DNA of 64,000 nt from Candidatus Sumerlaeaceae bacterium. Lineage in GTDB: Bacteria; Sumerlaeota; Sumerlaeia; Sumerlaeales; Sumerlaeaceae. The stretch lies in contig JBMFRB010000001.1 in NCBI GenBank assembly GCA_049968255.1, forward strand, positions 1-64,000, read 5' to 3'. Below the pieces are notes generated by a model. The model was not told the origin of the DNA. It made no database searches and worked only from the letters and a program-made list of their open reading frames with translations. The position numbers and the translations under genes were made by a program. Each line of letters starts with the position of its first letter. Positions within the stretch are counted from its first letter, which is position 1. Shown in pieces: positions 1-9,260 of the stretch.

Positions 1-430
<430 letters not shown>

Positions 431-431
<1 letters not shown>

Positions 432-2386
432 TGCGACGCAGACAAAGCATCGTTGAGCTTGTGATAGGCGCGGGCTTCGCCCTGCTCGCAAGTCTAGGGG
501 TGGGCCAACAGCCATGTCGAGTGACAGCTGAGATCTCTCCGCGCAATCCTCGTGTGGGGGAGCGAGTCATTTACATCGTGCGCGTGGAGTGCACGACGAT
601 GGAGGAAACGCCGCAGGTGCAGCTGCCAGAGCTGCCGCCGGATTCTGGCCTGAACGATTTTTCTCCTGCTGGTTCATTTCAGCAGATTCAAATTACGAAT
701 GGTCGACAGACGAGGTCATTGGAATTTCGCTACACAACCGCAGCCACACGTGCAGGTCAATTCCGCATCCCCCCTACCACCGTAGCCGTGGATGGCCAGA
801 TTTACGAAACAAATGAAGTTACGCTGAATGTTGGGCAAACTCCGGAAGCATCAACGGATGATGTGCCACCAGATCTGCGTGGTTTTGTTGTTCCGCCACG
901 AATCCCAAACGCTCCGCAGCTTGAAAAGGCTCTCACCGGAAAAGTGTTTATTTTGGCTCTCGCTGAAACCACGCAGCCCCTTAGCGGTCAGCAATTTCTG
1001 CTGAGCTACCACCTCTTTCTCGATCAAGAGGGACTCGCCAGGGCCGGGATTGCTCCCCAAAGGCTTGCTGCCTCTGAACCTCAGCTCCCTCAGTTGAAAG
1101 AATTTCTCAAGGAGGAGCTTTTCCCCCTCCAACCGAAACTGCGCTTTGAGGAGCAGATCGTAGGAGGCCGTCGCTATGCCGTGGCTCCGCTTTATCAAGT
1201 TGCCCTCACCCCCACACGCTTCGGACATTTTATTATCGAGCCGATGCAAATGACCGTGTCCATCCCGTTGCGCAGACAACGCACGGGGAATCCGTTTGAC
1301 GATTCGCTTTTTGACGATTTCTTTGCTATTGACCCGTTTGACTCGAACCGCCTCAGCGTGGCCGTCCAGTCCATTCCCATCGAACTCGAGGTCAAGCCCC
1401 TTCCCACACAAGGCAAACCAGCCAATTTCTGCGGAGCCGTCGGCAAATTTACGCTTACTGCTGCCGTGGACAAAGACCATCTCGTTGCGAACGAGGACGT
1501 AGCTCGCCTGCGTGTGGTGCTTAGTGGCGAGGGCAATGCAAGCGTCGCGGTGCCACCGCCGTTTCCGGAGAACGATGCCCTTAAGCTTCTGGAAGACCCC
1601 AAGAGCAACTTTGAACGAAAAATTGAGAACAACAAACTATTGAGCTCTAAGACGTTCGATTACCTTTTCCGCCCAACACGTGCGGGGAAATTCGTTATTC
1701 CGCCGATTGAAACGTCGGTTTATAATCCTGAAACACAGCGGTTTGAAGTACTTCACACTAAAGAAATTCCGCTTGTGGTCGCTCCGGGCAGCAACGCACC
1801 GGTTTTGGTTGCTCCCATAACTTCCCAGCCCGCTACGGCCTCCACAGAAGCACAGAGCGGTAGCCCTGAGGTAAGAAAAGACCTGCGATACATTCACCGG
1901 CAGTTGAAGGTGAAAACGGGCGAAGATGTGCGGCGGCATCGAGCGGTTCAGAACGCACTTATTGTGGGCGCGACCCTGGTCCTCGCCACGAGCGCCGTAG
2001 CGGCACGACGGCGTCGATTGAACAACGCATCCAACGCGCGAAACCGGCAAAGCAAGTGCTACAATCGCGTGCGGGAGGGATTGCGCCATTTGGCATCGGC
2101 GCACGATAACGAATTTGTTGAAGCGTGCGAGAAGCTCGCCCTTGCACTTCGCGATTATTTTGCCTCGGTTCTCGGTGTTTCTTCGGGCGCGCTCACCACG
2201 GAGGAACTTTGCCAGCTACTCGAGGCTAGAGGTGCTCCCGAACATCTTATCGGTGAGTTGCGTCACCTGCTCGAGGCTTGCGATAGCGTTCGTTACAATC
2301 CGGGTGGGACAGCAGGTGCTTCGCTGCGAGTGAGCAGCACACGCGCAAAAGAGCTGATCGAGGAGATTGCGAAATGCGTCGGCTGA
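431..2386 (+). CDS. batD: BatD-family protein
   Basis: N-terminal signal peptide, repeated Ig-like BatD segments (GQFRIPPTTVAVDGQIYETNEVTLNV; VKPLP...FCGAVGKF; LSGEGN), C-terminal TM plus helical domain. Lies between batC-like and batE-like genes. Confidence 0.85.
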
Positions 2387-3144
2387 CAGTCCTATTCTTT
2401 CTGATGGTGGGGATGACCGTTATGCCGGCCTTCAGCGGGAACGCTTCTGATAAGGCCACGCCAGATTACGATACTGTCTTCGCGCAGGCGAACGAAGCCT
2501 TTCGCAGCAAGGATTTCCGGCGTGCTGCAGAGCTCTACAAGGACCTTGTGACGAGCGGCGTCATTTCGGCCGATCTTTACTACAATTTGGGAACAACCCT
2601 GGCACACATGGGCAAAACTGGAGAAGCGATTCTTTATCTGGAAAAAGCACGGAAGCTCAACCCACATGATCCTGACATCGTGGCAAACCTGGAGCTTATC
2701 GTGCCACCTGGAAGCGAAGAAGCCCCCTTCATCCTTGAGGTGCCTTTTCTCTACGTGCGTGATTTGCTGAGTTTCGACGAGTGGTTTTGGTTGTTTACCG
2801 TTGTGTTCGTCGTCGTCGCAGTGGTGTGGAGCTGGATTTTGTGGCGCGCTGCCACTGTTGCTTCGGTGCGTTGGATTTGGTTTAGCGGTGCGGTTTTGCT
2901 CGTTTTGGTTGGAAGCTTTACGGGCTGGTCGTATTATTCGACGCACGTGCGGCGTTATGTCGTTTTGCTCACAGAGGACGAACCAATTCTCAGCGGGCCA
3001 TCAAAGACTTTCAGCCGCTTGATGACAGCAAAAGAAGGTCAGAAACTCCCCGCCCTCAAATACCCCGACCCAGGGTGGGCGAGCGTTGTGCTCCCAACAG
3101 GCCAGGTAGGTTTCGTGCGTCGTCAGGCAGTAGGCGAAATTTAG
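2374..3144 (+). CDS. batE: BatE-like TPR protein with two TM helices and a C-terminal SH3b-like domain
   Basis: FAQANEAF...LYYNLGT...GEAILYLEKARKLNPHDPDIVANL TPR, two TM segments, SGPS...GQVGFV SH3b-like end; follows batD. Confidence 0.8.
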   Translation: MRRLTVLFFLMVGMTVMPAFSGNASDKATPDYDTVFAQANEAFRSKDFRRAAELYKDLVTSGVISADLYYNLGTTLAHMGKTGEAILYLEKARKLNPHDPDIVANLELIVPPGSEEAPFILEVPFLYVRDLLSFDEWFWLFTVVFVVVAVVWSWILWRAATVASVRWIWFSGAVLLVLVGSFTGWSYYSTHVRRYVVLLTEDEPILSGPSKTFSRLMTAKEGQKLPALKYPDPGWASVVLPTGQVGFVRRQAVGEI

Positions 3145-3160
3145 AGTGGCTCCGGTTTTC

Positions 3161-3178
3161 GTGACAGAATTGTGACAA
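3161..3178 (-). promoter_or_regulatory. Pho-box-like direct repeat (TTGTCAC-AATT-CTGTCAC on the minus strand)
   Basis: Two 7-bp half-sites spaced 11 bp apart with an AT-rich spacer, matching the PhoB consensus CTGTCAT-A(A/T)A(T/A)-CTGTCAC; located upstream of the phoB-like gene. Confidence 0.6.
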
Positions 3179-3291
3179 CGACATTCGAGATGCAGTCACT
3201 GTGCTTTCCGCATTGCGCAAGGACAGAATCGGCTTGTGTCATAAAAAGTGAAAAAAGTGAGGGACGTACAACACTTTGACGAGGAGCCATT

Positions 3292-4077
3292 ATGACCCAC
3301 AATCGGGGAATCCTCGTAGTCGAAGACGAACCTGCCATTGCCAACCTTGTGGCTTTCCACTTGGAACAAGAGGGATGGGAGCCGCTTGTTGTCGCGGAGG
3401 GCCATCGAGCTCTTAGCCTGCTGCAAAAAACTTTGCCGGCTGCCGTTGTGCTCGACCTCATGCTGCCCGACGTTGACGGCATCGAGATCCTGCGGCGCAT
3501 TCGGCAGAATCCTAACACCAAGCTTTTGCCTGTTCTCATCCTCACGGCACGTGGTGAAGAGGCCGACCGTGTGCTGGGACTTGAGGTTGGTGCCGACGAC
3601 TACCTTGCCAAACCATTCTCTCCACGTGAGCTGGTGCTGCGCTTGAAAAAGCTCATCGAGGGAAAAGGTTCAGACGCAAAGCCGCCGATTATCCGCTTTG
3701 GAATACTGGAAGTCGACGAAGGGAAGTTTCGCGTTACAGTGTCGGGCGAAGTCGTCGAGATTTCAGCAACAGAGATGCGCCTTCTCGTAGAATTGCTGGA
3801 AAACCGTGGTAGGGTACTAAGCAGGCAGCAGCTTTTGCAGAAGGCCTGGGGATTCATGCCCAACGTCACTCATCGGACGATTGACACGCACGTCAAACGG
3901 CTACGCCAAAAGCTCGGTCTGGCTGGCAGCTATATTGAAACTGTTCGTGGTGTTGGATACCGATGGGTCGAAGAGCCGCCCGAGGAAACGAATGCCATGG
4001 CCCTCTCCCGAAAGGCATTGAGAAAGACCTCAGCGAACCAAAAGGCACGTGGAACAAATGCGGGAGCAAAGAAATGA
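3292..4077 (+). CDS. phoB: OmpR/PhoB-family response regulator (PhoB-like)
   Basis: Receiver domain (VVEDE, LDLMLP, ILTA, GADDYLAKPFS) plus winged helix (RTIDTHVKRLRQKL, IETVRGVGY); SD GAGGAG upstream. Confidence 0.8.
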   Translation: MTHNRGILVVEDEPAIANLVAFHLEQEGWEPLVVAEGHRALSLLQKTLPAAVVLDLMLPDVDGIEILRRIRQNPNTKLLPVLILTARGEEADRVLGLEVGADDYLAKPFSPRELVLRLKKLIEGKGSDAKPPIIRFGILEVDEGKFRVTVSGEVVEISATEMRLLVELLENRGRVLSRQQLLQKAWGFMPNVTHRTIDTHVKRLRQKLGLAGSYIETVRGVGYRWVEEPPEETNAMALSRKALRKTSANQKARGTNAGAKK

Positions 4078-5162
4078 TTAAACGGGTGAACAAAAGCCTC
4101 CGCGTCGTGCTGGACAGCCTGCCTGAGGAGGCTTGTCTTTACCTGTGGCACCAGGACCGTCTCTACCCTAACGCGCGGTGGAAAGCCGCCTATGGCGAGA
4201 TGAAGTACTTGGATGATCTGAGCCGGCTAGGGCTTGACCCGCAAGCTGTGGCGGAACGGATGGAGGAATCCTCGGGACCAACGGAGAAAACCGTTGCGCT
4301 TTCGCTCGACAAAAGCGGATCGCGCCGCCTCATTCTCGCGCCGATCGTCGAAAGCGAGGGGGACGTGCTGTTTCTCGTGCGTGATGACGCCGAGGTGCGC
4401 CGCATCGAGCAACTGCGGCGCGACTTTATCGCCAACGTCTCTCATGAGCTTCGAACTCCTTTGACCGCGGTCCGCGGATATATCGAGACGTTGCTTGACC
4501 CTAAGTTTCTCACGCTCGATCGCGTGAAGGAATTTTTGCCGATCATTTTCGAGCATACGGAGCGATTGCACAACCTCATGCTCGACCTTCTGAGTTTGTC
4601 GCGTCTCGAAAATCCTAACACGCAGATTCACATCTATCCCGTATGCCTTGCTGATGAGCTGGAAAACGCAGTCGAAGCGACACGCCCCCTCGCAGAAATG
4701 AAGAACATTTCCATGAGGCTACGAAAGCCGAGCACTCGTCTCCACGTGATGGCTAATCCTGAGCATCTGGAACGCATCATGGTGAACCTGCTGGATAATG
4801 CGATTAAATATTCACCAGACGGGGGCATGGTTTCTATTTGGAGTGAGGTTCACGGCCCCTTTGTTTGGACCCACGTGAAAGACCGCGGCCCGGGAATCTC
4901 GTCAGAAGAACTGCCAAGAGTTTTTGAGCGATTTTACCGAACGCGTGGGGCTGTAGGCGGCAAGGAGCGAGGCAGCGGCCTTGGGTTAGCTATCGTGAAA
5001 CATATCGTCCAGCAACTGGGCGGCGAGATCAAGGTGGCGAGCCAGGTCGGTAAGGGCTCCGACTTTTCTTTTTGCCTTCGTTTGGCTGATCATGTGCCTG
5101 CTGCAAAAAATAAGTTACAGGAGAGAACGAGCAGTCCAAGCGCGCACAGTTCTGCTCACTAA
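4074..5162 (+). CDS. phoR: PhoR-like sensor histidine kinase, apparently cytoplasmic
   Basis: H-box RRDFIANVSHELRTPLT, N-box NLLDNAIKYS, G-boxes DRGPGI and GSGLGLAIVKH. ATG 4074 overlaps the regulator stop (ATGA). No TM segment visible. Confidence 0.78.
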   Translation: MIKRVNKSLRVVLDSLPEEACLYLWHQDRLYPNARWKAAYGEMKYLDDLSRLGLDPQAVAERMEESSGPTEKTVALSLDKSGSRRLILAPIVESEGDVLFLVRDDAEVRRIEQLRRDFIANVSHELRTPLTAVRGYIETLLDPKFLTLDRVKEFLPIIFEHTERLHNLMLDLLSLSRLENPNTQIHIYPVCLADELENAVEATRPLAEMKNISMRLRKPSTRLHVMANPEHLERIMVNLLDNAIKYSPDGGMVSIWSEVHGPFVWTHVKDRGPGISSEELPRVFERFYRTRGAVGGKERGSGLGLAIVKHIVQQLGGEIKVASQVGKGSDFSFCLRLADHVPAAKNKLQERTSSPSAHSSAH

Positions 5163-5178
5163 TCAGCAAGATTCTAAT

Positions 5179-6534
5179 TTACAATTCGTGTTTGCGAGTG
5201 CGTTCACCTGTTTTTTTCTCCATTGCAGCCAGGCGCCATTTGCAGCGGGTGCAGTATTCCGTTTTGATTGTCTCCGGCGAGGCATCCGGCTCCCAAGCAC
5301 CTTGACGGGTCTTGGTCAAGTTTGCTCCCCACCGGAGTCGCAAGATATTCCCCGGCTCATGGAGTAACATTGCGGCAGCTACAACCAAATACGCAGCCGA
5401 AAACACCGGATGGATCAGGTCGGCTGGTAGGCCAAAAAGCCATTTCCCATTTTCGCCAACAAACATGGGCGACACAAACTGGCCGAGGAAAAGAAAGAAA
5501 AGTAGCAAAGCTTCACCCAATGTAAAACGCAGATTGGCTAAAATGACAACCCCGAGCAGCGACTGTGCGGCTGTCAGCAGCAGCTCATGAAACTGAAGGG
5601 CAGTGAGAGGAATTGGCGGAGTGAGTGCACCTTGGGCCACTGCATAAACCCAGGGGATCATTCCCACCAGAAGGGTCCACTGATTGAGTTTTGACGACAG
5701 AAGCATAGCAATGGCAACTTCAGGACGGCCGCGCGACGCAAACACCAGTGCAATGAGAAACTCGGGGGTTTCTGATGCCACAGGAGCCAGCCATTGAATG
5801 AGGAAAAACTCATTGATGTGCAGAAGCTTCCCTGAAGCGACTAGCCCCTCGCAAAAGGGTTCGGCACACGCATAAATAGCCACTCCTGCAATGAGGAACA
5901 AGCCTACTGTGATGAGACGACGCTTGCGTGTGGGCATGTGGAGAAGCAATTCGACTGGCCCCTCTTCTTCGACTTCTTCTTGCGGCTTCTGCGAGGCAAC
6001 GTACATGTACCAAACATAGATCCCGAAAAGGACAACGCCGTCATACCAGGCCAGGCTTCCCTTGAGCGGAATAAGAAAGGCATATGCCGTCGCGAGGCCA
6101 AGAAAGAGTACCTCCGTCCGCTGATTTGGCGCGAGCAGAACTGGCCGAATTTTCTTCATCCAGGCGAGAAAGCAAACAACCGACCATCCCACCCCAAGCA
6201 AGAGGCGATTTGCGCCTGTCATATTTGCCACGGCGTAGAGCGAATATGAGCTTCCAGGATGTCGCCCCGCTTGCCAGGTGAAGTACATGTCCACCGCGTA
6301 CTCTGGCAGCACAGCCACGAGCGCGACAAAGGCAAGAGACAGCGAACGATTGATGTCGATTTGAGCGGCCTCGCTCCCCCAGCTGAGCAGGAAGGCGGCC
6401 GCCAAAACGGAAATGCCCGCGACCAAAGCTTCCAGAGGTGCAGGCACTGTGGCGCCTAGAAGACGCAGAAAAATACCAGGACAACAGCCAAGGACTGCGA
6501 GAATGAGCCAAAAGCGAGCTCGCCTAGCTTCCAT
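5179..6534 (-). CDS. Ca2+/cation antiporter (CaCA, Na_Ca_ex family)
   Basis: Many TM segments with two alpha-repeat-like motifs (AVLPEYAVD...NMTGAN and ASETPE...LSSKLNQ) and a central acidic loop; start ATG 6534 preceded by AGGAAGGTG. Confidence 0.82.
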   Translation of the reverse strand: MEARRARFWLILAVLGCCPGIFLRLLGATVPAPLEALVAGISVLAAAFLLSWGSEAAQIDINRSLSLAFVALVAVLPEYAVDMYFTWQAGRHPGSSYSLYAVANMTGANRLLLGVGWSVVCFLAWMKKIRPVLLAPNQRTEVLFLGLATAYAFLIPLKGSLAWYDGVVLFGIYVWYMYVASQKPQEEVEEEGPVELLLHMPTRKRRLITVGLFLIAGVAIYACAEPFCEGLVASGKLLHINEFFLIQWLAPVASETPEFLIALVFASRGRPEVAIAMLLSSKLNQWTLLVGMIPWVYAVAQGALTPPIPLTALQFHELLLTAAQSLLGVVILANLRFTLGEALLLFFLFLGQFVSPMFVGENGKWLFGLPADLIHPVFSAAYLVVAAAMLLHEPGNILRLRWGANLTKTRQGAWEPDASPETIKTEYCTRCKWRLAAMEKKTGERTRKHEL

Positions 6535-6585
6535 TCTTCTCACCTTCCTGCACGGCGCCAATGCGGCCGCGCAATTGTTTGCGCA

Positions 6586-6710
6586 GCCAATAGTCTGGCA
6601 CCCAGCAAGCTCAGCTGGTCGCGCAGGCCAGAAGGCTCCTTGCGCCTCCGGGATTGTTGACCCACACGAGACACTCTAGGCAGAAGAGCGTCTTGCTACT
6701 CCCCATTGGC
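6586..6710 (-). ncRNA. yybP-ykoY (Mn2+-sensing) riboswitch
   Basis: Minus strand reads GCCAAT-GGGGAGTAGC...GTGTGGG-TCAACAATC-stem-TGG-CCTGCGC...GCCAGAC-TATTGGC. It contains the GGGGAGUAGC, UCAACA and AGAC hallmarks with a closing P1 stem, in the 5' UTR of a cation exchanger. Confidence 0.8.
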
Positions 6711-6822
6711 CTCTGATCTGTTGTGGCGTGTGAGAAAAAACCGGATCCCCGCACGCCGCACAGCACCGCTTGCTGGTTACCATGAAAGCGCAGCACTCAT
6801 TTGCAAGAATGATGTGGAAAGT

Positions 6823-7263
6823 TCAGAATTGGTCGTTCGAGAGCGCGGGCTCCTGTGTTCCCTCCCGGATTAGGGGGGAACGCTTGAGGAACTCCAGCGA
6901 TGGCTTATGGAGCAACTCGCGAAGAGCGGGGAGACTCATGCTGGTACGCGGGATGCGAAGTTCGGTGCCAACCGGGGGGGTATCAAGAGAGGAGAGCTTA
7001 TTAACCACTGCGATGGCCCAGGGTGTTGAGTTGTAATTCCGGGCGATATCCTCGAGAGTTTCTCCCGCCTGCACCTGATGCATCACACTGACGTGGACTG
7101 GGCCGCCCTCATAGGTCGGCGGCTGTAAAGGAACCCACACGCAGCTTTGTAAGATCAAAGCTGCCACTGCCAGAAAGAATGCCCCCACATAGAGGCGGGA
7201 AATGGACCTCACAGACGACAATGCCCGATCAATGCTCACCTCCGGTCTCGTCATCCTCAACAT
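6823..7263 (-). CDS. LysM-domain lipoprotein
   Basis: Hydrophobic stretch ending in lipobox-like LQSC; LysM HQVQAGETLEDIARNYNST...NKL...VGTELRIP. Start codon uncertain. Confidence 0.8.
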   Translation of the reverse strand: MLRMTRPEVSIDRALSSVRSISRLYVGAFFLAVAALILQSCVWVPLQPPTYEGGPVHVSVMHQVQAGETLEDIARNYNSTPWAIAVVNKLSSLDTPPVGTELRIPRTSMSLPALRELLHKPSLEFLKRSPLIREGTQEPALSNDQF

Positions 7264-7534
7264 TGCTGACTGGAACTATGAACTCTTTTGAGCGCGAGTT
7301 GTGATGCTAGGTTCAATTGTGCAGTGTTATTTTGAATATTGCACAAGTGTTCTTGGCCGCAAGGCAAGCAAATTCCAGGAGCTCAGCCTTCCAGAATGAG
7401 AGCAGCTGATTCACGTCGAAGACACTTGAAGTAAAGATTTCCGCGAGTGTTCGTATCTGCTGGAACAGTATGAATAAAAAAATGAGTCCAGTGCCAATGC
7501 GAGAAACTCGGCGCGCAAGTCTTAGGGGTAGACC

Positions 7535-9184
7535 ATGAGCTGGATACTGGCGAGATGGAGCGTGCTGGTTGCAATTGTGGTTTTTCTGGTTGGTATTGGT
7601 TTTGCCGGTGACATCGAGCGGGCGGGGCTTGCCAAGCAGCTTGACCAGCTCTTCGATGCGGCCGTTTGGCGTAACGCGCAATGGGGGGTGCAAGTACTTG
7701 ATCTCGACACGAGTGAGGTGCTTTATCAGCGCCAGGCAGAGAAAGCGTTCCTCCCGGCATCGAACCTCAAGCTTTACACCACAGCTGCCGCATTAAAACT
7801 GCTTGGAGCAAACTATCGTTACGAAACGAAAATTTACGCAAATGGCGCTGTGAAAAACGGGACGCTGAAGGGCGACCTTGTGGTGGTTGGAAGCGGCGAT
7901 CCCTCAATTTCGGGCCGATATAATCCGGACCTGCCAACGACCGCTATTCTCCAACGCTGGGCCAAAGCCGTGCGCGATGCCGGGATACGTCGCATCGAGG
8001 GAGCTGTCATCGGAGATGATGATTGTTTCGACGATCAACCTCGTGCAGGAACTTGGCAGCTCGATTATTACCAGGAATGGTACGCTGCCGAGTCGAGCGG
8101 TTTGGCGATGAACGAGAACTGTTGGGATGTGACAATTGTGCCAGCACAAAGGATCGGGGCGAAAGCCCGCCTGCACGTAGACCTGCCGACGAGGTACGTT
8201 ACGTTCAAGAATGAGGTTGTGACAACTGCTCCCACAGGCAAACCTGAGGACGATCTAGATATTCAAATTCAGCGCCCTCTCGACGCCAACGAAGTGTGTC
8301 TCAAGGGTGAGATTCCCTCTGATCATGCCCCGTACAAGCTTTGGGGGAGCGTGCACAACGGCACGCGTTGGACCGTGACGTTGTTCAAGGAGGAACTTGA
8401 GCGCCAAGGTGTGCGGGTGAAGGGCGGTGCAATTGATGTAGATGAGCTACCCGATAAGCAAGGTCGGTTGAGCCGCGGCCCACGGCGCCTTCTCTACACG
8501 CACGTCTCTCCGCCCCTTTGGCAACTTGTGGCGATTGTGAATAAGCCTTCTCAGAATTTCTACGCTGACCAGTTTCTCAAGACTCTAGGATGGGTGAAAT
8601 ATGGAAATGGGAGTTTTGAAGGCGGTCAGAAAGCAGTGAAAGAGTTTCTTACTGCAGCCGGGATCGACACGACTTCGCTCCGCATGGTGGACGGCTCAGG
8701 GTTGTCGCGGCAGAATCTCGTGGAGCCGCGCATGACCGTGGCATTGTTGGCATTCATGGCGTGGCAACCAGAATGGCAGGTCTACCATGATTCGCTACCG
8801 ATCGCGGGTGTGGATGGCACCTTACGCAAACGGTTGAAAGGAACTCCGGCTGAGGGAAGAGTGTATGCAAAAACCGGCTACATCGGCCGGGTGCGCTGTC
8901 TGAGCGGCTATACCACAACGAGGGACAAACATCGATTGGCCTTCTCAATGATGGTCAACAATTACACCGTGGAGACGAAACTTGCTAATGATACGCAGGA
9001 TTCGGCAACCCTGCTACTGGTACAGTTTTCGGAGGGCTTGAAACCCCAGTTCGAAGACCAGCCTGTGACAGCAACAGCGTCGCCCGTGATCAGCAAAACG
9101 GATTACACAATCGAGCAGACAGAGAGAGCACTCCGCGAAGAGGGCGAGCCGGGTGGCCCTCTATCGCTCCACGAGAATCCCTGA
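7535..9184 (+). CDS. dacB: D-alanyl-D-alanine carboxypeptidase/endopeptidase (PBP4, peptidase S13)
   Basis: PASNLK (SxxK), SQN (SxN), KTG, GSGDP and DGSGLSR motifs; signal peptide. Confidence 0.93.
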   Translation: MSWILARWSVLVAIVVFLVGIGFAGDIERAGLAKQLDQLFDAAVWRNAQWGVQVLDLDTSEVLYQRQAEKAFLPASNLKLYTTAAALKLLGANYRYETKIYANGAVKNGTLKGDLVVVGSGDPSISGRYNPDLPTTAILQRWAKAVRDAGIRRIEGAVIGDDDCFDDQPRAGTWQLDYYQEWYAAESSGLAMNENCWDVTIVPAQRIGAKARLHVDLPTRYVTFKNEVVTTAPTGKPEDDLDIQIQRPLDANEVCLKGEIPSDHAPYKLWGSVHNGTRWTVTLFKEELERQGVRVKGGAIDVDELPDKQGRLSRGPRRLLYTHVSPPLWQLVAIVNKPSQNFYADQFLKTLGWVKYGNGSFEGGQKAVKEFLTAAGIDTTSLRMVDGSGLSRQNLVEPRMTVALLAFMAWQPEWQVYHDSLPIAGVDGTLRKRLKGTPAEGRVYAKTGYIGRVRCLSGYTTTRDKHRLAFSMMVNNYTVETKLANDTQDSATLLLVQFSEGLKPQFEDQPVTATASPVISKTDYTIEQTERALREEGEPGGPLSLHENP

Positions 9185-9260
9185 AAGAGCGGCCCACTTT
9201 TTGTTAGCCCGTTGAAAGATGCAAGTCTTCGGAGCCGCCAACGGCCTCCGGCGTTCGTAG

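Noticed and set aside
3963-4073. Longer start for the histidine kinase
   Set aside because: It would overlap the regulator by more than 100 nt; ATGA coupling at 4074 is more plausible.
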